From assembly GCA_009103225.1 (NCBI GenBank), contig RHPI01003369.1, positions 208,911 to 272,910 on the forward strand: a DNA stretch of 64,000 nucleotides, given 5' to 3'. The stretch comes from Chlorokybus atmophyticus. Its lineage: Eukaryota; Plantae; Mesostigma and Chlorokybus algae. Made by a program: the position numbers and the translations under genes. Below are positions 27,412 to 39,440 of the stretch, in pieces. Under the pieces are notes generated by a model. The model was not told the DNA's origin. It saw only the letters and a list, made by a program, of their open reading frames with translations, and did no database searches. Each line of letters starts with the position of its first letter. The first letter of the stretch is position 1.

Positions 27412-29682
27412 TTCACCTACTATGCCATTGCCGCCGCCGCCGCCCCCTAGCCTGGGCTGGCCTGATCGGCCTGATTTGCTCGGCAAGAAGAGCAGTATGA
27501 CGCTACGCTATTGCGCTCAACACAACGGCATTCACATGTATACAAACGCAAAACGTCACCTACCGTGCCATGGTCGCTGGAGCCGCCGCACACCTGCCCA
27601 ACTTGCTTAAAGCCGTTGTGCGTTTGAAGCACTGCTACTTGGCAGCAGCAGTGTGTAAACGTGCAACGACTTCAATGGCGCTATTGCACAATGAAATGTA
27701 AAACTGTGCCATCGTACTTGTATCCACATAAACTTATGGTACCATCGCAATTGTACCATAATTCCATTAAGTGTTTCAGTTAACTGTTCCAGACTGATAT
27801 GTTATTGTCCCACCTTGCCGCCATCGCTCGTCCCTTAATTTAGGACTAAGCTGAGACTTGCTTACCAATAAAGGCATGTCGCCGCCGCGGGCTTTGTACG
27901 GTTGGTGGCCGGCCGCCAGTAAAAGAGGACTGACGGGTATCATTAGTCGCCATAAGGGGCCCGAGAGGTCACCTAATTGCTACCATAAGTAAGTCGCCGC
28001 CGCGGGTCCTGTATAATCGGCGGTTAGCCGTCATCACAATTTGCTCAAAGATCATCAACGACAAGCAATAGTCCGATATCAAGTACGACAAGCGGCCAGC
28101 CATTACGAATTTGTCCATTATATGCATTGGCAGTCCACTCAGTCTCTTTATGGCCCAAGTCGTTAGGGTCCGCTACGGTCAGGTTGGGTCAGTCCCTCAG
28201 TCCCTAAGCAGTCATGCCGAAAGATTTGCAACGATAAGCACTTGAATGAAAGAACAACAACAATAAGAGAGCTGTGTTGCACTTGCTGTTGCAAGGTGTT
28301 CTACTGTGCTGCATATTTGGGAAGCGTTTCGCCAAAGGCTTTGCAAGTGACCGCGAGCTAGAGGCAGCCAAGGCAAGCTCAGCGTGTAAAGCTCGATAGT
28401 GCTTTATGCCATCTGTCAAGCGCGTAGTCGTTTGGACGCTATGGTCACTCAACCCAACTGCGCGCACATTGACGTCATGCAGGGCAGTAAGAGTGCGTGC
28501 CATTGCTGCGAGCACTACATGCCCTCTTATGTGGCTCATATCCCTACAAGTCACACAATCAGAGATACGGACACTGATTGCCAATATGTGCTGTCTGTGC
28601 AATTGCACTTACTGGCATCTATGCTTTGGGGAATATATGTCCCTAAACTTACACTATGATGTAGAAAGGTGTGCCGATCGCGCTTTCACCTGTCCGAAGG
28701 CAGTACACCTTGAGCAAATTGTTGCCCTGCAAATGCACACAAAGACTACAATTACTCCCTAAGGCCAATGCTTGATGTGCATGCGTGCAGAGCAACACGC
28801 AACCAACCTGAGTGCAGCCAGCAGGTGATTCTCGCGCTCTACACCATGTGCGGAATGGAGCAGACAGAAAGCGAGCTTCTTGCACATAATGTAACGCTAT
28901 TACTTGCAATTGTCCTTCTCAAGCAGGACTGGCGTGTTACATTGGCAATGTGAAGCAGACGGCCAGCAGGCTTCCAACGCAAGGCGGAACGCTGTCAATT
29001 GTCCATTAAGCGGGATTGGTGTGTTAAATTGGCCATGTGAAAATCATAGTTGCACCATACGGCATACGGTATGCATTGCAAATTAGTGTATGGTATATAC
29101 GGGGATGCATTATAGGCCGTCTTTGCATACGGCAATTATACGTGCACATAATGCTGTTACATATATGGTAATCCACTTTTTTTGCACTTTCCCACCGCCA
29201 GAAAGATGCCCTTGCCCCGAGTTTGAGGCTATTGCGCAACGCGCGCCACCGGCAATTCACAATTTGGTGACACGCGGTGTAAATGGCTTGAAACACGGAT
29301 TTTCTGGTTGTGGATCAGTAAAAGGCCTTGAAATACGCGCATGCAATCAGTATGCATTACAGTTTCTGTAATGCGTGTATGTACGCGTATGCAATGAACT
29401 TGTAAGCCGTATGGTGCAATTATGGCGAAAACTGCAATGCAATGGCAAGCGTTGGCAACGAGCTTGCATGCACAGTTAACAGCATTCGTTTGCATTACTG
29501 TTGTCATGATTCGCGTTGCACAAACAGGTCCATCCATAATAGGGTTCAACTGACAACCCTAGCAGAAGAAGCTAGTGCTAACATACAGTGCAAGCAGCTT
29601 ACTCGCTTCACCTCACTTTGCTCATTTCCGAAGCTACTATTGTGACAGTCAACTTGACCAGGAACGTTGTTTAGTAGCGTCT

Positions 29683-30650
29683 TTATGATATTGGAGCTGA
29701 AACTCTGTCTTGGTAGCAGGCAAAGCCGCTAACGGCTGCGCCAGGACGCCCGGTACGTCGCATGTACTCCGCAAGCGCTTGCTGTCGTCGAAGCCATGGC
29801 GGGCGGCAGCTGGCGCATGCGGCAATGGCGATGCTGTGTGCTGACAGCGTCGCAGACCGTTCGTTTACCACCACCACCTGCCGTGCTGTCCGCAACAACC
29901 ACCACACTTGCACTGTCAACAACTACATCGACGCCGACATTATCGTGCGCACCAGGGAGCAAAACGACTTCCGTAGCAGCTTCCCTTATTCTCTCAACAC
30001 GTCCACCGGAAGTGTTGACGCTACTGGCAGTGATTGCGTGATTGCGTCACACAAACGGTGCGGCACATCACGCATGACAACAACAAATTGGGCCTACGAT
30101 TCCTAATCATGTGATGTTTTTGTGTGGGTTACAAACTTTCTCAGGTGGACACGTCCAATGCAGCACCGGACTTGTCCGGTACTCATGGCCCGTTGTCAAC
30201 AGGACCTCAGCCTTGGGCCTGTCCTGCACCGGCCATCTACGACAGTCCACCCAACGAATCACACATACAATAAGATGATACCCAGGGAGGATCGATGGTG
30301 ACCTCGCCGCATCTGTAGAATCTGAAGTGCGGCTCTGAATGCAAGGCTTGTGGCATGCGTCTGCCACAAGCTGCTTTGCCACGCAAGGCGTGTGCTGTAT
30401 TGTGAACTGACCAGTGGGCGGCGGCCTCGTCGCCAGCGGCAACGGCGACGAGGAGGACGAGGAGGACGAGGCTGAGAGCGCGGCTGTGGACAGTTTGCTG
30501 CGGCCAGGTGAGCTGGGCTGGTGCTAGGGCCAGTGGTTGTGGGCATGGTGCATGGTGTTTAGCGGCAGGGTGGAGGCTGCGTCTGTCTGTGTGTTGTTCT
30601 GTCTTGTGCTGTGGATGGCTTGGTGGATTTGCTAATTGAGTTGCTGGCAT
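29683..30650 (-). CDS. Putative small protein with a hydrophobic N-terminal segment and weak PEBP (phosphatidylethanolamine-binding)-like pattern; model incomplete
   Basis: ALSLVLLVLLVAVAAG, then spliceable segments HFRFYRCGEVTIDPPW / DRPKAEVLLTTGHEYRTSPVLHWTCPPEK / AQFVVVMRDVP and a C-terminal GRPGAAVSGFACYQD. The canonical DPDxP and GxHR motifs were not found. Confidence 0.3.
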
Positions 30651-31510
30651 GGAATGTGTTTCGATCTCCAAGCTTCCGAAATCACCTTGCTTTGGCATGC
30701 AAGCAGTCTGCGGCCAGTGGCAGTGGGCTAACGCAGCCAATCTGCAGCTTGCTGGCAATTGGTCTTGTTGACGCTCTGCGCCGCTGATCAGCGGCGTGCG
30801 GACATACTGCGAGGCTTGACTTTGCATCGTTAGATGGCAAGCAAGCAGTAACATCTGTGTATAGCTGTCCGCAGTGGGCCGGCATAGTGCATGTTGCTGA
30901 GCAGCTCCAGGCAGTCATTGTGGAGCGTTGGCGTCGAGAGGCGGCAGCTGCCGCCTCAGCGAAGGTCCTTTTTGCCAGCTGAGCAGCCGCAGCTTACAAG
31001 GAAAGCAGTGCGCCAAGCAGCGCATGTTGCAGCTGCTATCAACGATCGCAACCAGCAGGTAGCTTGCGGCCATGGCATCATACATTCGATCTTTGCCTAC
31101 ATTTACAAAGCTTTTACGTTGAGTAGGATGACGCAAAGTGGTACACTCAAGCATGTTTTCGGCTGAGAAGAGAACACACATCTCCGTGCATGCTGTCGAC
31201 AACTACACTCAGTGACATTGTTACCATCATCTGTGTGCTCAACAGCAAGCCTATTCATAATCTTTCTTGGTAGCGGCGTTCGCCTAGTTCCGTTTATTTC
31301 CACAATGCGTCTTGTTGTATGCAAGACACTAGCAATGTTAGCCTTGAACTTTCAGCGCAGCTTGCTGGCAGCCACCTGTGGTGTCAATGAGCTTGCACTG
31401 GAGCTTTACCGGCAGTGTACAAAGGCTAATGCATTACACATAAGGTTGATGAAACGAGCTAACGTTGTGCTGTTTGGGTTGCAAAGACTGATAGTTCATC
31501 ACCGTCAAGC

Positions 31511-34121
31511 ATGGAGGAGGTGGCTGTCAACAATCGCAATGACCGGCTTCGCGATTTGGTTGACAAGATGACGGGAACTAACCTGGACAATCTAGAGGAA
31601 ATCGAGCGCCCAGATGCGCCTGCCAGTGATGGAGAATCTGACCACCACACGCATCATCATAAGCGGAAACATGATAAGCATCCTGATGACGCCGCACGCC
31701 AGAAAGAGATCGCCAGACAAAGCATTCACAGGTAATGCAGCAGTTATGCTATGCCAGTTAGTATAATAGCCTTTTCATGGATTGGTGTGAAGCTTACGAT
31801 GCTGCGACCAGATGGCGGGAGCAAATGCGCTTTGAGCGTGGCTACCATCCAGAGAGCAAGCGTCTGGTACAGTTTGAGGGCATCGACAACTTTCGCGATT
31901 TCAGTGGTACGTTACCACCCTACTACAAGCATATTGTTGCATATTGAAGCCGTGCGTCTGTAGGTGGTGCTTGATCTGCATTGCTTACTTCAATCTGCAG
32001 GTGCATTGAAGGGCAAAATTGCCCCTGGGAAGCTCTTTCGTTCAGGGAACCCTGGAGGTGCAACAGATGCTGACATCCAGCGCCTGATGTACGATTTTCG
32101 CATTATGGAACTGGTAGGTAAAATGCTGTCAGTGTTACCATGTTAATCAGACTGAGTTTCTGTGGGTAATGTGGAGGCAACGTACGGCCATACTGCTGTG
32201 ATGCGTGTCAACAAAGACTGTGACTGCATTAGTGTTCCCTTCTGGTTGAGCAGCTGGACTTGCGCAATCCTGAGGAGATCAAGGATGACGCTAAGTTCGT
32301 CAGCGGTGAATTATTCAAGTACTTCCATCTCATGGTAAGCTGAGGGCATTCAGAGCCAGAGCCTGACTACATGTGCAAATATTCAGAAGTTGCATCCCAA
32401 AGGTGAGGTAGTGTAACAAATGGTGCTTTGGTAGGTGTTCTCTAAGGACCGCTTTGGTTCTGAAGGCATACATCCGGACCTTAAACTTGAAGACATTTAT
32501 AAGCCTATGCATGAGCCGTTCTACCGCTTTGGCAGGTACCGCCGCATCATCATTATCAGGTAGTACCCAGGTAGAACTGGATGCATGTTACACAGCCAGG
32601 CACAGTCAGGCAGCACTTGTGGATGCACACCGTGTTATAGGCTCAGCTATGATGTCCATGTTTGACGCATAAACTTGTGTAGCAACTGACTGGCCCGAGA
32701 CGCATGACACCCTTTTGTGTCTTGATTTGCTGCTGGCAAACAATAGTGAGCACCTTTTGCGTGTGGTTTGTTGCATCACAGGCGACGCAAGCAGCGACGC
32801 TCGTTTGAAGAGCAGGAAGTTCAGCTGAACCTGCCAGAGCCTGTTCGGCGAGTTGTAAGCGTGACTGACATCAATGACAGTGGGTATGGCACTGATGACT
32901 CTATCAACAGCGCGGTACGTCATGGCGTTGCCGTAATTGTTTTTATAACTGTCATCTACTTGTGAATGTCTACAACTCATGTACAGCATTACAGCGGTGG
33001 TGAACATTGCAACTGTTTGCACACACAGGTGGAGCGTCTTCCCCCGCCACAAAACCCATACCGCAAGGATGGGGCGCGCATTCGGCATGCAGTGTCCATG
33101 TTGGACAAGGCCAAGTACACGCAGGGCATGATGAAGCGCCTGAGCGTCCGCAAGCTGGCACTGTCAGGACTCTACTATCTGTACTCGGAACAGAAGGCCA
33201 AGTCAGTGGTGCTGGAAGAGGTATGAGTGCAATGGTTTAGATAGCGCTTGCTTGTGCTTCATGGCCATGGTCATGTTCGTAACTGTGTGCAATATTCATT
33301 CTGTTTTACGATTGAACATGCGGCAACTTTCTGCGTTCCCTAGCTATGATGCATGTGACAGGGCAGATTTGATGCTGGATTTCTACCTATCCTCTGAGCA
33401 GCAATTGAGTTGTGCTTTGGTATGGTTGGGCTTCAGGTGAACAAGGGTGGGCTCACGCTGCTCAATGAGCTCATTGTTGACACAGCAAAGACGGAGGTTT
33501 GCGCGGCGCTGCGTGTTGTGTGCTCCGCACTGGAGAGAAACAATCCGCTACTGCTCTACTGCAAAGCTGGCAAAGACCGGACAGGTAATAGCACTGCATC
33601 ACCAAGTGTCTAAATAGCACTTCAAACGCATATGTGGTGCTGGTTGTGGGCTTACATGTGGGGGACACATGCAGGATTCACCTCCATGCTCATCTTGTCC
33701 ATACTGGGCGCAAGCGATGAAGAGATTCTCGCGGACTACACCCTGAGCAATGAGAGCGAGGCGGCTTGGAAAACGGACCACACTGGAGGTGGTCCCAAGG
33801 TTGAGGGCCTGGACATGGCCGGCTTCACCGGTGCACCTCCACAGGTAACAGAGAGAAAGGACATGGCAATCTTGTTGCATGTATGTGCGCTGGCACAAGT
33901 GGTGTGCATGTGCGCGAGCATGTGCATGTGCGTGTGTGGTTGTGCACCGCATGTCACATGCAGTGCGCATACTGAACAGTTTTGTTGGCTTGCCCCAGGT
34001 CATGCAAAATACCCTGCAGTATATGCGGAAACAGTACGGCTCGGTTATGGGCTACCTTGATGCGATTGGGTTCAACTCGTCATGGCGAGAGCGACTGCGC
34101 AAGAATCTGCTTAAAAGTTAG
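31511..34121 (+). CDS. Protein tyrosine/serine phosphatase-like (IphP / Y_phosphatase3 type)
   Basis: Spliced motifs FEGIDNFRDFSG, GKLFRSG, LDLRNPEEI, LLLYCKAGKDRTG (CX5R), LGASDEEILADYTLS and YGSVMGYLDAIGF; stop at 34119-34121. One internal junction is uncertain. Confidence 0.88.
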
Positions 34122-34541
34122 CTAATCAGTCGCATGGCTACATTTACCAGGTTAGTAAGTAGCAGCTACAGCTATAGTTGCTAACCTATTGCTTTGAACA
34201 CGCGCCTGTGTCAGTGACCATCCCTCATCACCAAAGAATGGTTGCTGTTTCCTCCTTTTGTGACTAGCACATCATGCTCAGGATTACAACCACACTGCCC
34301 TGCCGCTTGGATATGGCATATCATATGTTGTTATGTGTAAGCGTGTCAACACGCATGGATATATGTGGTGATGACGCAAGAACAATGAAGAGAGTATACG
34401 TGAGAGTACAGGCATTGGACTTGGTGCAGGGCGCTGCGACTGGTGTGTCATTGGTTTTAACACCGGTTACACTCATCAATAGTGGATGTGCACACTGCAT
34501 ATCAACTATAGTGTGGCACAACACGCCAGCTGTTGTTTAGG

Positions 34542-36076
34542 CTACAGCACCAAGTTTGCAAGAATGGTGCAAACTAGAACCGTCACTATGGAAGCAGGAA
34601 CCATGTGCCCGTCGTTGAACTTGAACTGAGCCTGCCATTCGTAATTTGGCTTGGGTCCTGTTGTGTTACCTTGTGCCTGCAAGAGATTGTGCATTCGCTG
34701 TGTGTTGGTCCACATATGTACAACATTGCCAAAGCGCATCAAACAGAAAAATGTTTGTTTCAAAAGCAGAGAGACAGATACGCCTAAACTTGCGAACCGA
34801 GTATATGGGGATGAATGCCAATGCCATGCAAGCAGCACGTGCAACATGACGCATGTTTTCCCCGTGTGTTGTGCTAAAAGTAGAAGAAGATCAGCTGCGT
34901 ACCTGAGGCTCTATACCCCAAACAAGAGTGCCGTCGTACTTGACTAGGATCTTTGGGTTGAGGGTGTAGTCTGCCGCAGACAATGCAAGGGAATACCTGC
35001 ACAGGTTGTCAGCCCACATCACATCCCATGATGCTTGCTGTGACATGCTCACTCACTCGCGGTTGTCGCCACCGATCAAGCCGTACTGCGCGTCATTTGC
35101 TGTCCTGAGAGCACACAAGGCAGTGTTTGCAACTGCATACTCTGCCAAGTAGTAAAAACATGAGGTACAATACGCTTACACCATACGTTTTGATGATGAA
35201 GCCTGAGATGGCACCCGCCTCGGTGCTTTTGTTCGAATTGAGCTGGCTTGTGAGACTCAGACCGTAGGGGCTGGACACCTGTATGATGCATACAACTGCG
35301 GCGCCATTCGCACCTGCTCGCAGCTTACTTGATGACGTCTCTGATAATGCGGGAACGATGCAAAATCGCATATTCAAGACTTGCCTGTTACACCGATTGC
35401 GAAGTTGACTGTTGTTGGAATGCCCCTTCCCGTGCCATCGTAAGTGAAGCTGTACACCCCACAACCTCCTCGTCAGCATTGGAACGATGGTTATGACATT
35501 GTATGTGGTTGAAACTGCCCAACACACCTGTAGTCCTGCGGCCTTGCGTCACTGCCCCAAGGCCCTCCACTGCCCTGATTCACATTGCCTTGGAATAACA
35601 CCTTGTGCGTGTTTGCGTACAAAACATAGTAGCACTGACAAACCACTATGAGTAGTCATCAGCATGCACAACAGCAACAACAAAGAACACCTCAAAGAAG
35701 TAGCTGAAGGTGAACAAGGTGTAGTCAACAGCGGGCCCAAGGTTGGACAGCACTAGGTCCACGCCGACCGTGTTGGAGCCTTGTGCAGGGACATGCTGCC
35801 TCGAGAGCACTTGTACCTGTCATTGGAAGTGGCTCTGTGACTGACGCATTGACACTGTTGCACCGCCACACACAGCTGCTTCAACAGAATGGCATTACCT
35901 TCACATCTGAGGCTGAAAGTGTGGTATCACTCTGAGCGCCTGATTTCTGCGTGCCAAATCCACACAGCGCAATGACAGCAGTGACCATAAGCGTGCAGAG
36001 GCATCAAGCGCAATGACAAACAGCACTCTTAACTTACCTGAAGGCACAGCACTGCCACCATCAACCACACATGCAT
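34542..36076 (-). CDS. Secreted, membrane-anchored CBM3-like (family 3 cellulose-binding module) protein, 242 aa, 9 exons
   Basis: Exons 36038-36076, 35899-35946, 35691-35816, 35528-35574, 35385-35449, 35187-35313, 35057-35104, 34903-34996 and 34542-34676 total 729 nt with all phases compatible (one GC-AG intron). Signal peptide MHVWLMVAVLCLQKSGA; CBM3-like DVKVQ..SNTV..SNLGPAVDYTLFTFSYFF ... NREYSL..NPKILVKYDGTLVWGIEP; hydrophobic tail MVPASIVTVLVCTILANLVL*. Confidence 0.8.
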
Positions 36077-36601
36077 TCTGCAAGGCATACTTGTTCCTGA
36101 ACCTCCACGTGAGTCTGGCCTGGTGGCAGCCTAACCAAAGTCTGGCTTCCGCCCTGGCCTCCACTGGTAGGTAACCCGGTGGCTGCCACTGTGGTGGCCA
36201 CTGCAAGCAACAGGTTGTGCCACAGATCTCTTAGCGTCATGCCTTTCTTGAAGTCTTTCTTGCAGGGCATGCACTGTCACGAGCAGGGACAATGCAAGCG
36301 CAGGCACTATCTACAGGCAACGTGTTCAATTTGTTGGTTCCGAGGATGCCCCCATTGTACAAAAAATGCAATGAGGTGTTGGTGACATGCACGAACATGC
36401 GACTGATGTGACAGATCGCACTCCAATGGGTGTAAGTCATATCAGTGCTTGGAGCTTGCTGTATGTAAGCAAACTTTGGGTTATGTTGCCACTGCACTAC
36501 CACACGTAGTCACAGTTATGTGCTTTACTGTGCAGAGTATTCACCACAGACTACAAAGCCTGTCTCGGAATAACTATGAGAAGATTCTATGTCCTGTGTA
36601 G

Positions 36602-39440
36602 TTACTGTGGGCCAGTGTCTTCTGGCGCAGGTATGGTCACCTGAGAAACCACTCCGTCAGAAGACAAACATCCGACACAAAAACCTGTTGTTAGCATATT
36701 TTGTGCAAAACACAACGGGGTGTAAATGCTCATTTCCAGCACAGTAATGCTCAGATGCTGTATGAAGTGCCAGGCATTTCAGGAGCACCAACCAACCAAC
36801 ACCACGCACGTACCCCTGCATTGGCAGCCATAGCGCGCATAATCATAAGCGCCGCATTGCGCTCCCTCGCATTATCGCACACGAGCATGAGCACGACCGA
36901 CGGCTTCAGCGCGAGGAACATGCCTTGCGCGGCAGCATCACCGCCACCTCGCGCTCCGCATACCTAAAGAGCAGCAGGAGCATCACTTGAGAACTGTTGC
37001 AGCATTGCATTGGTGGCTTACAACATCCAAACTGTTTAGTACAGCATACCAACATGGAGCTGCTGTACGCCTCTTTGTACTTGGTGCTCTTGCCCTTTTT
37101 AATCTTGATTTTGCCTGGTTCCAGGCAAAGCATGTAACGGTCTCTCGTGTTGTACGCCTCGCTGTTCAGTCGCACAATGATGACCTGTGTCCAATAATGG
37201 CAGCATTGAATAACTTGCACACAACAATGTGTGTCCAAAGGTGCAAAAGGTCAACACATGCACCTGGAAGCTAGCTGACCCTTGCGTCAACATGCTGTGC
37301 ACGTCCTCTTGCAAGCCAGGGACTGCACAACAAGTCAGCAACATGAGCTATGCACCGTCACCGCAACATTGTTTGTCAACATGCAACAGCAGCAACCCAC
37401 TTGAGGCTATTGGAAGTGATGTAGTCGCCTGAAACTCTTGACCGAAAGGGGATTGCATCCTGCAGCTTACAATGTAGCCGAGGTCCAGCGGTTCTGGTGC
37501 ATAAACGGGTCGCATTGCACCTGCGCAACATGAGGTTGATACAGCAAAGGCCAAGATGGATACATGCTCAACGGCATTTGCGTTTCACCACTGCATGCCT
37601 CACCTGCAATAATATGTGCTGACCCATCCCCGGCCAGCCGGTACCACTGGAATTGCCAGTTGTCAATGGGGGTCTTGCCAGCATTTACTTCCAGCACACC
37701 ACCAAGCGTAGGTTCTCCCCGCAACATAACATCACCAGGCACTTCCTTGATCGGCTCCATAGACTGGTACTTTGCAAGCTGCATACAGTAAACATGAAGT
37801 TGCGCATCACTTAGCAAGAGGTAATAGTATGTACACATGACCAACGTATCTGATGGATACACGACGGCCACATACCTGCTGCCTCAAAGCAGCATTCTCT
37901 TCGTTACAAGTCTGTAATGCATGGCGCAGACCGCTGAGCTCTAACTCCACTTCCACTGGCAGTGAATGAAACACAGTTGCGCCTGCACCCGCGCTTGCAG
38001 CCTAGGGCCAGTCAGAACAAAACAGTTGCAGTTGTGTTGTGGTGCGTCGCGCTGCATTGTGTTCAAAGCGTTACGAGCTGCATAGCATCGCTTGCACGGT
38101 ACTGAAACTAAAAGATACAGCTACATGCGAACGACGTGTTTGCAAGTTTATCCCTTACCACGGCGGCGGGGCTTTCGAGCATGCGTTGATGAAGTTCCGT
38201 ATCAGCCTGAACCATCTCCTCCCTGAGCTCTGCCGCCTCCTGTTCCGCTAAGGCCAGCTCGTTGCCACATTCTTTGGCGGCCTGGAATCACGTTAACCCT
38301 TAAAACACTGCGAGCAACATCCCAGCTATAGCTTGCCAGTATATCAATACGTAGAAGTATGTTCCTCGCTAACACATAAAACTAGGTGTTGCTGTACAAG
38401 CATATACATGTACCTGTACAAAAGTCTGGCCCATCTGGCGAAGGTTGTCTTGCTCATCCTGCATCTGCTTCTCTTGCATTTTCCACTGGTTCTCCAGCGC
38501 TTCCAGCTGCATGGGTTAAATATGTTGATAGGTTGATGAACACTGCTGTTGCTGGCGACAGTTGCAATGAGAAGTTCAGTCGCATACCATAACGACAAGC
38601 TCCTCCACTTGGTCCCGAGTGCGACCAAAACTGCGATTTTTCAGATCCGCCAGCTGCGCACTTATCGCCGATATCAAACCCTGCCCACTCTCTTTACCTT
38701 TTCCATTTTGCGCCTGGCAAATGCAAGCAAATTAGCTTTGCTCAGAATCGCACACAAAGCAACTTTGTTGCAGTGGGTTCGCTTGAACTTGGTCTGTCGG
38801 AAGGAAGCATGAGGCAAACAACAACAAAGCCACTGCATGTTACCTTTTCAGGTGTGCATTCAAAGTTGGCAAGCCCATCTTCCCACCGCTTTGCCATTGC
38901 CTGAAAGTGGACAGATTGTGCACTCAAAGTCCGCAACATCTTGAGGTGAATTTGCAAGCAACCTTTCCCTTGTCTACGCTTTCTGCCTTTTCAACAAGTG
39001 ACGTGACTTGGGCGTGAAGTACAGCTGCAACAACAGCTTGCTGCAGGCTTCAAGCCGCTTATGCAACACGCAACTCGTGCTGTCACGCGCTTACCCAATA
39101 CAATGCCTGTGCGCAAAAGCGAATAGCAAGCCAAGCCGCGGCATGCAAAAATCCTCAGACGGACTCTACTGACAAGACAGGCAGCGGAGCCAATAACTGA
39201 TGGCGGATGCTCCTGTGCATGCAAGGATTACTTGTCTTCTATTTCGCACAACAGTACAATGCAAAAGACTCGCACCTGTACGTTGAGGCGGCGCTGTTGA
39301 ATGACTACAGTGGCCTGGTCGACATGCTCGCCGGCAATAGCGAGCCTGCCGTCAGGGCTACGTCCAACCCTATCAAAAGACCACCTCAGCGACCTCGGCG
39401 GCGTCATCGTCGTGGAAGATGGCTCCATCATTCCTGGCAT
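36602..39440 (-). CDS. SCAB: SCAB-family actin-binding/bundling protein (coiled coil, Ig-like, PH); 5' end uncertain (38.9-39.44 kb)
   Basis: Exons give AMAKRWEDGL, LADLKNRSFGRTRDQVEELVVM, VELELSGLRHAL, LRGEPTLGGVL..FQWYRLAGDGSAHIIAGAMRPVYAPEPLDLG, KIKIKKGKSTKYKEAYSSSMLVCGARGGGDAAAQGMF and RERNAALMIMR. These are colinear with recalled plant SCAB1. Last exon 36602-36640. Confidence 0.88.

Larger units (their letters stand above)
22227..28205. mobile_element. Nested fold-back/long-TIR DNA element(s) hosting two LTR elements
   Basis: About 22227-23260 and the reverse complement of about 27140-28205 share colinear degenerate blocks: AGGGA(T/C)TGAG(A/G)GA(T/C)TGAC ends, GACGGC..ACCGCC..CGGCGGCGAC modules, AACAC..AAT G.AATTAT.GTAC, CAGGCC arrays and GAGGGTAGT..TAGTAG.TCACA. 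An inner GGTAC-rich inverted pair spans about 23460-26050 versus 26320-26370. No transposase ORF was seen. Confidence 0.55.

Noticed and set aside
28204-29650. LRR-like fragments on the minus strand (e.g. LTALHDVNVRAVGLSD)
   Set aside because: Only one or two weak repeats with stops in every frame; I could not build a gene or a convincing pseudogene.
34542-35816. Pentameric ligand-gated ion channel extracellular domain (suggested by VKYDGTLVW)
   Set aside because: There is no FPFD/Pro-loop and no four-TM domain. The complete spliced protein fits CBM3 at both ends much better.
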